Shown piece after piece: positions 25,771 to 33,233 of a stretch of 37,705 nt of DNA (positions within the stretch are counted from its first letter, which is position 1; every line of letters starts with the position of its first letter). The notes beneath the pieces are model-generated. The model made no database searches. It saw only the letters and a program-made list of their open reading frames with translations, and was not told the origin of the DNA. Position numbers and translations under genes: made by a program. Source of the stretch: Candidatus Thalassarchaeaceae archaeon (GTDB lineage Archaea > Thermoplasmatota > Poseidoniia > Poseidoniales > Thalassarchaeaceae); assembly GCA_963582685.1 (NCBI GenBank), contig CAUZSM010000001.1:1-37705 (forward strand), given 5' to 3'.

Positions 25771-26382
25771 TCACTTTTCGAGTTCGGCTTCGACGAGGGT
25801 CGCTAACTTAGCACCGACACCGAATGCTACAGCGTTGGCAATGAACATCGCGGCTCCCATTACCTCGAACGCACCACCATCTGCCAAGCCTATCAGCATA
25901 GTACCAAAATGAGCACCGCCAGCAAACACTCCGCCCATTCCTGCAGCAGCTGCAAGTCCAACACCACCAGCTTGATACAAGCCTTCGCAGCGTGTCCAGA
26001 CAGTGTATGTCAAGCCACCACCAACGATTACTGTAACCCAATGTGTTAGGTCAGTTACCATTTCTGTTGGTCCAGAGTATGCAACCATTGTGGCATCGCC
26101 CGTTGTTGCAACCAATGCTAGGACACCAGCGCCTGCGGCGCCGACTACCTGGAATAGCACTTTCATGCCACCTGCTTCCCAATTTTGGTCGTTCAACATC
26201 CTACTTACTGTTAGTGCAGGTATGAGGTCTGCCCCGCTGAATGCGGTCCAAAGCACTGCCAAGGCCAAAGCCCATTCTATCATTCCAAGGTCGCCGTCAG
26301 CGACCCATAGCTTCAGCAGGAGGAAGGTCAGCGCTAGGCTGCCAAACATCTCTGCACAGTTGTCTTTCCAATCCATTTCCAT
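25771..26382 (-). CDS. Divergent MIP/aquaporin-like membrane protein lacking both NPA motifs (paralog B)
   Basis: It shares GSLALT, LAVLW and FSGA blocks with paralog A. The first NPA position reads SGADLIPALT and the second reads GGAHFGTMLIG. AAGGTGA lies about 8 nt upstream of the ATG. Confidence 0.6.
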   Translation of the reverse strand: MEMDWKDNCAEMFGSLALTFLLLKLWVADGDLGMIEWALALAVLWTAFSGADLIPALTVSRMLNDQNWEAGGMKVLFQVVGAAGAGVLALVATTGDATMVAYSGPTEMVTDLTHWVTVIVGGGLTYTVWTRCEGLYQAGGVGLAAAAGMGGVFAGGAHFGTMLIGLADGGAFEVMGAAMFIANAVAFGVGAKLATLVEAELEK

Positions 26383-26488
26383 TTCATTTCACCTTTTCAA
26401 TCGCACATGGCGATTAGGCGCCCATGCCAATTGTTCCACTTATGAAGGATTAGGCGGATATCAGCAATAATCACGGCATTTGTTGAGG

Positions 26489-26558
26489 TTTTTCGGGGGA
26501 CCGGTGTCGCTTATTGCAGTAGGTGTAGTCGGCTACACTTCTTCGCAATATCACGTTT
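26489..26558 (-). promoter_or_regulatory. Conserved upstream block, copy B (perfect inverted repeat GTGTAG-TCGG-CTACAC at 26523-26538)
   Basis: It has the same 70-nt layout as 25456-25525 and the same spacing, with the core about 120-130 nt upstream of the start codon. It directly abuts the fpg stop codon. Confidence 0.6.
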
Positions 26559-27410
26559 TTAGCGTTGGCAAGTCTTACAATGGAAGGTTGAGCGACCCTG
26601 TTGCACTGTTCTAACAATGCTTCCGATGCACCCCTGCTTCAGGCAGGGTTCTCCTTCTCGGTCATAAACTCCGAATGATAAAGGAAAATAACCAAGTTCA
26701 CCGGAAATGTCGCTGAATTGGCCATCCTTGAGTGTGGAGCCGCCTGCTGCAATAGCCTCACCCAATACCTTTGGGATGTGCTCAACCAAGCGAGTTGCTT
26801 CCTCGACGCTTATTGATGCAGCCTCCTTAGTGGGGGCGATTCCGGCACGGTGCAGAATCTCGCAGACGTAGATGTTGCCAAGTCCAGCGATGGTGCGCTG
26901 GTCGAGCAGGGCAACCTTGACCGGAGTGCGTCTGTTCTGCAAAGAGGAGACAAGACCCGGTGCGCTAAGTTCGTCTGAGAGCGGTTCTGGACCTAATGAG
27001 CGCAAGAAACGGTTGTCCTGTTGCTGTTCCGTGTCAAATAAATCGATGAAACCGAATCTGCGAGCATCTGTGTAGATGGCTCGGCGACCGCCTTCGAGTT
27101 CGATTACAAGGTGGTCATGCTTGCCGTCACCGACATCCTGCTCGCCTGACGAATCCTCTCCGACAAGCCGCCAGCGCCCAGTCATCCCTAGATGCGACAG
27201 CATGGTCATGTCATCGTTGAGGCGGACGAGGATGTATTTCGCTCGCCTATCCACCGCTTCTACAATCCGGCCCTCAAGTCGAATCGACAAATCTTCAGGA
27301 AATGGGAATCGCAGATCCGGTCGCCTGACTCGCACTGTACCGATTCGGCGACCGACCAGATGCGCTGCCAAACCGGTTCGAACCGTCTCTACCTCAGGGA
27401 GTTCGGGCAT
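26559..27410 (-). CDS. mutM: Formamidopyrimidine-DNA glycosylase (Fpg/MutM, Fpg/Nei family)
   Basis: Invariant N-terminus MPELPEVE, an H2TH region, and a C-terminal zinc finger CLKQGC...CKTCQ. Confidence 0.85.
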   Translation of the reverse strand: MPELPEVETVRTGLAAHLVGRRIGTVRVRRPDLRFPFPEDLSIRLEGRIVEAVDRRAKYILVRLNDDMTMLSHLGMTGRWRLVGEDSSGEQDVGDGKHDHLVIELEGGRRAIYTDARRFGFIDLFDTEQQQDNRFLRSLGPEPLSDELSAPGLVSSLQNRRTPVKVALLDQRTIAGLGNIYVCEILHRAGIAPTKEAASISVEEATRLVEHIPKVLGEAIAAGGSTLKDGQFSDISGELGYFPLSFGVYDREGEPCLKQGCIGSIVRTVQQGRSTFHCKTCQR

Positions 27411-27416
27411 ACGCCC

Positions 27417-28091
27417 TCACTCCGTCCCTGCCTCATCGAGCAATGTTTGCACATCTTCAAGGAATAATTCAGGAACGAATTCTGCGTTATCCCAAGATAC
27501 CCGCTTGCGGTGTTGGCTGTCAACCAGCACGATGGGTTGGTTATGCACGATGACAAAGTCATCTTCTCCTTCCTCTGCAGGAGCGGTTTCCAAAGATACC
27601 CCGTAGGCACCCCACACCAATTCAAGGTCGAAATAGCGCTGCTGGCTCATGTTGCCGGCATCAGGACTGGTCAAATGTGGCCAATCAGCATCCTTGCTCG
27701 ATGCGAAATCAGCCAACATGCTCACACTATCGTGCCATGGGTCAAGGCTGATGGTCAGAATCTGGACTCTGGCAGAATCATTCTCATCGAGATTGTCGGT
27801 AATCCACTTCATCGATTCTGTCTGTGCAAGGCATACATCCATGCAGCGAGTGAATACAAAAGTGAAAATTGTCAAATCCGCATCGATATCTCTACTGTCG
27901 AATGACGTATTCGTGCTATCGACCAAAACAAACTCGTAAGCGACCGGTTTTGCCGCTAATTCATTTCCATTGAAGGTCATGGCCACGTCATCATCGCCTA
28001 GGCAACCAGCAAGCCCAGTGGCGAGAAGCAATGCCGCCATTACGGCAGCGAGCGAGTGGGAACGGAGTGTCAATCGGCTACCCCCGGCCAA
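27417..28091 (-). CDS. SCO1/SenC family thioredoxin-fold copper chaperone, probable lipoprotein
   Basis: CxxxC motif (FTRCMDVC), SLDPWHDS, and a lipobox-like LAGC after a hydrophobic signal segment. The start is uncertain: TTG at 28091 overlaps the fibrillarin 3' end, and the first ATG is at 28040. Confidence 0.65.
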   Translation of the reverse strand: MAGGSRLTLRSHSLAAVMAALLLATGLAGCLGDDDVAMTFNGNELAAKPVAYEFVLVDSTNTSFDSRDIDADLTIFTFVFTRCMDVCLAQTESMKWITDNLDENDSARVQILTISLDPWHDSVSMLADFASSKDADWPHLTSPDAGNMSQQRYFDLELVWGAYGVSLETAPAEEGEDDFVIVHNQPIVLVDSQHRKRVSWDNAEFVPELFLEDVQTLLDEAGTE

Positions 28092-28798
28092 TCTGCTGGT
28101 GCTTCCACATGAAAGAGAACGTGGTTATCCTCCCAGCCTGTAAGATTAAGTCGTTGGCGCAGAATCAGACCGGATTCAGTCAGGGATTCCTCTGCGTTGT
28201 CGAAAGTCGCACGGTGACCTCCTTCAGTGATTCGCTCTGACGCCGCCTTCAGTGAGAGCAGACCACAGCCGCCGGCTGCAAGAAAAGTCGTTGCGGCAGT
28301 GATGAACATCTCTACCTGTCCTGCTTGACTCACATCTTGAAACAGCCAAGTGACTCGGCCGTTTAGAAATGGAGTGATGGATGTCGCCTTGCGTGCATCA
28401 GCGAGTACAGGCAGCAGACCCGGTCGCGACCTTGCAAGTCGAATCAAGTCTCGAACGCATCTGGGACTGATATCAACTGCGACGATACTTCCACCAAGGT
28501 GGTTCTTAGAGGCGCACAGATGGTCGTGAAGATGGCTGATTGTAGTGCCGTGGCCCGCGCCAAGATAGAGTGTGGACACTCCAGACTCGGGCAACATCGA
28601 AGCGAGTAATTCCCCCGATTGTGACCGCAGTAACCCGGCCGCAAGTTTGGATGAACGTGGGCTCCATTGTCGCCATTCCTTGCGACCATCTCGCTTCAGT
28701 CGCTCTCCACGGACGCTGACACCCTTCACAGCGTTTCTGCTCCAGAGTGACCTACCCTCGATGCGAACATACGGAGAAACCTCGGTGAGGCGAGCCAT
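28070..28798 (-). CDS. flpA: Fibrillarin-like rRNA/tRNA 2'-O-methyltransferase
   Basis: SAM motif VLYLGAGHGTTISHLHD and downstream fibrillarin blocks. ATG 28798 lies 13 nt after the Nop5 stop. No GAR domain, as expected in archaea. Confidence 0.85.
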   Translation of the reverse strand: MARLTEVSPYVRIEGRSLWSRNAVKGVSVRGERLKRDGRKEWRQWSPRSSKLAAGLLRSQSGELLASMLPESGVSTLYLGAGHGTTISHLHDHLCASKNHLGGSIVAVDISPRCVRDLIRLARSRPGLLPVLADARKATSITPFLNGRVTWLFQDVSQAGQVEMFITAATTFLAAGGCGLLSLKAASERITEGGHRATFDNAEESLTESGLILRQRLNLTGWEDNHVLFHVEAPADWPGVAD

Positions 28799-28811
28799 AA
28801 TTTCACCTCGT

Positions 28812-29870
28812 TCAGCGACCCCGCGGTTTCGGATGCCGTGCGCGGATTCCCGCAACCGCATTCTCGACCTTGGCGACTTCAGTTTCACCCCAAACTTCAC
28901 CGCCAAAATGGTCGACTCGTGCTGCTATGGCGGCTTTGCCAGCCACCATCCTTGCGATTTTCCCACGCACCCATCGAGGGCTTCTGCACACCCATGGGTG
29001 CTGGAATAGATGGCCGTGTTTGGGAGGGTCTGTACCTTGCTTCAAGTGCATGAAGAAGGCTTTCTCTGCTCCAAGAATCTGCACTGTTCCCGCCGGCAGG
29101 CGGGCAAGTCTTGCGCGACCGCGCGCAGTTACGCACAGCCGCGAAGCAAGCAGCGGCCCGAGGAGTCGAGACAGAGAAGGCAAGTGAGATTCGGAGAGAT
29201 GGCGAACTGCATCTTCGAGATGAATCAGATGGGCTGCTGACTCGACGGTGGTGTTAGCCCAACCCTTCAGCGCTTTCCACTCGGCTTTGCCGACTTCTGT
29301 ATCAGCCGCCTCAACACCCAAGGCAGCAGCAAGCCCAGCCAAGTCGTCAGCCTGTGCAACTGCTGGCGCAATCTCAGCGCGTCTTGCATCAAGGTCGAGA
29401 GAAGGAAGGAACATGCCAGCCCACTCAACGATGCGTGATTCCAAAGTATTGTGAGAGGAACGCAACTCATCTGTCGCTCGGACCAGATGCTCTAATCGTC
29501 GATCAGGGTCAGAAGCAGCAGAAGATACACCGGATTCAGCCATCATCAGGGTAGCGCCCTGCAACAACTCTCCCTCATCATCCTCCAGTGCAGGCCACTC
29601 CACACCAACTTCCGTGATGTCAGAAACTACTGCCTCTGGGAATCTCTCGTGTAGATGTCGTGCCTCGTTGGTCATGCGGCCATCAATCTGCATCTGCAAT
29701 CGCTTAGCCAGCGTGGAAATACTGCGGTTCTTTGACCAGACTGCTTCGTCCACACATTGGCCCTCATCATCAAGGATTCGGGCCATTCTCCAATCCCAGA
29801 ATAGTCGCACAGCCCGCACAGGCAACCCCACTTCAAAGACCCCCCTGCAAAGCAGTATTGAGCAATTCAT
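28812..29870 (-). CDS. nop5: Nop56/58 (Nop5) C/D box sRNP core protein
   Basis: The Nop domain signature is ILGAEKAFFMHLKQGTDPPKHGHLFQHPWV. It forms the canonical archaeal pair immediately upstream of fibrillarin. Confidence 0.85.
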   Translation of the reverse strand: MNCSILLCRGVFEVGLPVRAVRLFWDWRMARILDDEGQCVDEAVWSKNRSISTLAKRLQMQIDGRMTNEARHLHERFPEAVVSDITEVGVEWPALEDDEGELLQGATLMMAESGVSSAASDPDRRLEHLVRATDELRSSHNTLESRIVEWAGMFLPSLDLDARRAEIAPAVAQADDLAGLAAALGVEAADTEVGKAEWKALKGWANTTVESAAHLIHLEDAVRHLSESHLPSLSRLLGPLLASRLCVTARGRARLARLPAGTVQILGAEKAFFMHLKQGTDPPKHGHLFQHPWVCRSPRWVRGKIARMVAGKAAIAARVDHFGGEVWGETEVAKVENAVAGIRARHPKPRGR

Positions 29871-29912
29871 CTTAGAGTTGCATTGAAAAGGGGATACGTA
29901 CCGCAGTCTGCT

Positions 29913-30272
29913 ATGTTCTGTCCTGCGTGTGGAACGCTAGCCTTTCCAAACCCCAATGGTAGTATCAAATGCCCGAACTACGAGTGCGGGTACAATGGCA
30001 GTGCAGAAAACGAGGTGCAGATGGCCGACGGGTCCGTTGTAGATGTGTCTCAAGCCACCTCATCCTCCAAGGCCAAGACTATGAAACATCTCACCGAAGT
30101 GATTGATGATTCAGACACCCATCGTGGTGTTCTCACTACCAAGACATACGTCTGCCCGAAGTGCGATTCCGACGAAGTCTTTGCAGAGTTGGTTCAAACT
30201 CGTGCTTCGGACGAGCCTGAGACTCGGATTTTGACTTGTAAACCGTGCAGTCATGGATGGCGAGAGTACTGA
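29913..30272 (+). CDS. tfs: Transcription factor S (TFS / RpoM-like transcript cleavage factor)
   Basis: N-terminal Zn ribbon FCPACG...CPNYEC. The C-terminal TFIIS-type ribbon is CPKCDSDE...QTRASDEPETRILTCKPCSHGW, which includes the acidic hairpin DE. Confidence 0.8.
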   Translation: MFCPACGTLAFPNPNGSIKCPNYECGYNGSAENEVQMADGSVVDVSQATSSSKAKTMKHLTEVIDDSDTHRGVLTTKTYVCPKCDSDEVFAELVQTRASDEPETRILTCKPCSHGWREY

Positions 30273-30353
30273 GGCGGCCTTCTTGTCCCTATCAGCCAAT
30301 TACAATCCTTTTTGTGCCTTCGCTGAAGGGCATGTCTGTTGGAGAGGGGTAAC

Positions 30354-31100
30354 ATGCTGAACATCACCGCACGTCAGGACTTGATGCGCACCATTGTCGA
30401 TATCTTGACGGTGCTCGTCGATGAGGCACGACTCAACTTCCACGAAGACCGATTAGAGGTGCGGGTCGTCGACCCGTCCCACGTCGCGATGATTCAAATG
30501 GAGGTCGATTCGGCAGCCTTTGAAGCGTGGGAGTGTGACGAGGTTGCAATTGGAATCGAATTGGTCAAACTGCGCGATCTCATCAAGTTGGCTGCTGAAG
30601 GAGATTCGCTCATCGAGATGCAATACGATGACAACGATGGTCGATTCAACATCCAGATTGGCGAAATTGACCGAGTCATCCGACCGCTCGACCGACAGGC
30701 TATGCTGGAGCCTCGAGTTCCAGATATCGACCTTGACTGCAAGGCCAGCCTTGCGGGAGACAAGTTCAGCCGAGCGCTCCGAGCGGCCAAGCAGGTTGGC
30801 GACCTCGTGACATTCTCATTGGACGCACAGCAGTTCTCAGTCAACGTCAGTGGGGATACTGACGCAGTCAATGTCACCTACGAGGCGGGAGAGTTGCAGG
30901 AATTGGTCTGTGACTCTCCGGTGAAAAGCCAATACAGTCTGCAATATCTCGCTCCGCTTGCCAAGCGTATCGAGTCGTTGGTGGATACTGTTGACCTCAA
31001 CTTTGGTGAGAATTTCCCACTGAAACTTGAGTTCGAGTTTGCTAATGGCGCCGGCCGCTGCATTTACTTCCTAGCGCCGAGAATCGAGGGCGACGCTTGA
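30354..31100 (+). CDS. pcn: DNA polymerase sliding clamp PCNA
   Basis: Length is about 248 aa. The N-terminal segment is LVDEARLNF...VVDPSHVAMIQM and the C-terminal archaeal PCNA signature is YFLAPRIEGD. Confidence 0.8.
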   Translation: MLNITARQDLMRTIVDILTVLVDEARLNFHEDRLEVRVVDPSHVAMIQMEVDSAAFEAWECDEVAIGIELVKLRDLIKLAAEGDSLIEMQYDDNDGRFNIQIGEIDRVIRPLDRQAMLEPRVPDIDLDCKASLAGDKFSRALRAAKQVGDLVTFSLDAQQFSVNVSGDTDAVNVTYEAGELQELVCDSPVKSQYSLQYLAPLAKRIESLVDTVDLNFGENFPLKLEFEFANGAGRCIYFLAPRIEGDA

Positions 31101-31157
31101 GGCATTGGTATTACCGCTGCCCATCAGCCTTGAAATGCGAGGGCCGGTCGGCCCACC

Positions 31158-32261
31158 ATGGCTGACAGCCCACGCGTCGCTGTGCTCATTCCTAGTCTAC
31201 GCAATGCTGACGAGTTGGCAATTGCCCTCAATGGTCTAGCCAATCAGACATGGAACGGGCCATTGGAAGTCGTCGTTGTAGGACCAAATGGGGACCCCGG
31301 CGAAAATGTAGCAGCCACAAACGGTGCTCGCTTCATCGACGACGAGGGCTCTCGTACCCGAGCCGATGCTTGCAACGTCGCCCTGAGACAAATCGACTGT
31401 GACATTGTCTGCTTCACTGACGACGACGTCTGGGTTCCAGAAAACTGGGTGGCTAATCTAGTGCGCTGGTTTGAACGACCTGAGGTCGCCGGCGTGGGTG
31501 GCCCTAACTTTGCTCCTGCCGATGACCGCTCGACATTCTGGCAGCGAGTCATCGATGTGACATTCTGCTCCAAGTGGGTGACGGCTGGAACCAACTACGG
31601 CAAGCGTGGAAGCGAGGAACTTGAGCCCGCAGAGCAACTACCCGGTGTCAATGCCGCATATCGTAAGTCGGTCCTCGACGAGATCGGTGGATTCGATGAT
31701 GGCGCAATAGGCTGTGAAGATGCGATGCTCGACCACCGTATAGAGCAGGCAGGACATCGCCTCTGGACCGACAGGAATGCGATAATGTGGCATCGCAGGC
31801 GTAATCCAAGTCGAGTGAGAAAGCAGATTCAGAACTACGGACTTGTGCGCATTCTTGCCGCTCACCAGCATCCCGGCATGAAGGGGTGGTCACACAACGC
31901 AGTCGGTTTATTCCCGCTGCTGGTCATCGCAGCCATCTGCGCTTTCATTTGCGGGGCAATCAACGGTGGCCTCGCTTGGCCTGAGTTCTGGGATATTTCC
32001 CTAGCAACCGTACCGATGGGTTGCCCACGAGTCGCAGTACACACTCCAGTCAGTCTCGCCGCACTCTACGTAGGATTGTGTTGGTTGGGTGCGGCCTATG
32101 GCAACTCACCCAGCCGTTCTCTGACTACCGTGCTTGCCGCCCCACTGATGACTTTCCTGCTGCACTGGTCTTACGGCACCGGAGTGCTACGGGGATGGTG
32201 GCGTATCCACGTCTCAAATAACCCCGGTTTGCAGGTCGATGACAAGGACCGTAAGGGTTGA
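31158..32261 (+). CDS. Family 2 glycosyltransferase with C-terminal TM helices
   Basis: VAVLIPSLRN N-terminus, the DxD-type FTDDDV, and GCEDAML, followed by about 3-4 hydrophobic helices. Confidence 0.75.
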   Translation: MADSPRVAVLIPSLRNADELAIALNGLANQTWNGPLEVVVVGPNGDPGENVAATNGARFIDDEGSRTRADACNVALRQIDCDIVCFTDDDVWVPENWVANLVRWFERPEVAGVGGPNFAPADDRSTFWQRVIDVTFCSKWVTAGTNYGKRGSEELEPAEQLPGVNAAYRKSVLDEIGGFDDGAIGCEDAMLDHRIEQAGHRLWTDRNAIMWHRRRNPSRVRKQIQNYGLVRILAAHQHPGMKGWSHNAVGLFPLLVIAAICAFICGAINGGLAWPEFWDISLATVPMGCPRVAVHTPVSLAALYVGLCWLGAAYGNSPSRSLTTVLAAPLMTFLLHWSYGTGVLRGWWRIHVSNNPGLQVDDKDRKG

Positions 32262-32384
32262 ACGGAAAACACCCATCGGTTGTTCAAGTTGTGAGTAAAT
32301 GAAGGACACATTTTCTACCTTGCCTGGGGTATGCTGAAGCGTCGACGACAGAGAATGCGTGCGGCTGAGAAGAATGCGTGATTA

Positions 32385-33233
32385 TCACTCAGTCTGCATT
32401 CGATTATCCTCGCTCAGTCGCCACACCTTGGTGCGAGGACGCCAAACAAATGCGCTCAGAGCCGAGACGAATAATCCGCCAACAACCAGATTCAGCCAAC
32501 TGTCGGTGATGTAGTTCGGGCTGGCGTTGAACCAAGCCCAAGTGAATGATGGAATGATACCGATTATCAAAGCGATTATGCCTTCACGAACCAACAGAGA
32601 TGACGTCGGCGGTGGGCCGGGCATTCGCGGTGGCTCGGATGTGGAATATGCGTGCTCAGAAAGCCTGACCAAACGAAATCCCATCTGCGGACGTGTCACC
32701 TCACGAGGGGTAGTTCCGCGTGCAGTTCCTCGCCCACCATCACTGCCCTGCCAGACTCTGGTGACATGGGCAGCCGGAAGCGGCGCACCACCGGCCTTTG
32801 GTTGAGCAACCCACGGGCGGCCATCACATGGCGCGCCCCAATACCCCGACTTTGGAGGACGGTCTGCAAGCAACTCAACAGTAACGTCGAACTTACTGGC
32901 TACTCCTTGCTCCTCAGCAAGCGCCCATTCGGCTTCTGAAGGAGGGCGCAAATCACCAGAACCGACCAATCCGCCTTCAACCATCAGTGGGGAGAGTCTA
33001 TTCAGAGTCGCGTCGGATTCATCGCCAACAATGGTAGAACCGGCGATTTCCTTCCACTGACCGAAGGTTACCGGCTTCGAGGATATCTCAAATCCAAATT
33101 CGATGCGGACCTCGTGCTGCGGATTACTGCCAGAGTGCATCAACGCACCTCGAGAATCACCAAGCATCACCGAACCCGGCTTTACCGCGACCCACTCGAT
33201 GTCGTGCTGTGACATCCGTTCCACCTCAATCAT
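32385..33233 (-). CDS. Membrane-anchored formylglycine-generating-enzyme-like (FGE-sulfatase/SUMF1 fold) protein
   Basis: Degenerate FGE-family landmarks: WVAVKPGSVMLG, HEVRIEFGFEIS..VT..QW, PSEAEWALA, GFRLVR. Two C-terminal TM helices. ATG overlaps the ABC exporter stop (ATGA). Confidence 0.45.
   Translation of the reverse strand: MIEVERMSQHDIEWVAVKPGSVMLGDSRGALMHSGSNPQHEVRIEFGFEISSKPVTFGQWKEIAGSTIVGDESDATLNRLSPLMVEGGLVGSGDLRPPSEAEWALAEEQGVASKFDVTVELLADRPPKSGYWGAPCDGRPWVAQPKAGGAPLPAAHVTRVWQGSDGGRGTARGTTPREVTRPQMGFRLVRLSEHAYSTSEPPRMPGPPPTSSLLVREGIIALIIGIIPSFTWAWFNASPNYITDSWLNLVVGGLFVSALSAFVWRPRTKVWRLSEDNRMQTE

Noticed and set aside
24697-31150. The 10-mer GGGCCGGTCG occurs twice (24697-24706 and 31141-31150), each time within a GC hairpin, raising the possibility of a dispersed repeat element
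   Set aside because: Only 10 nt are shared and the flanks are unrelated. This is compatible with chance in GC-rich palindromic spacers.
32262-32384. The convergent intergenic spacer, with a 10-bp direct repeat AGAATGCGTG (32352-32361 and 32371-32380) and ATGAAGG/CTGA strings resembling C/D box elements
   Set aside because: The C-box match is poor (UGAAGG vs UGAUGA), and the box spacing does not fit the 12-nt guide architecture of archaeal C/D sRNAs. The direct repeat is too short to interpret.
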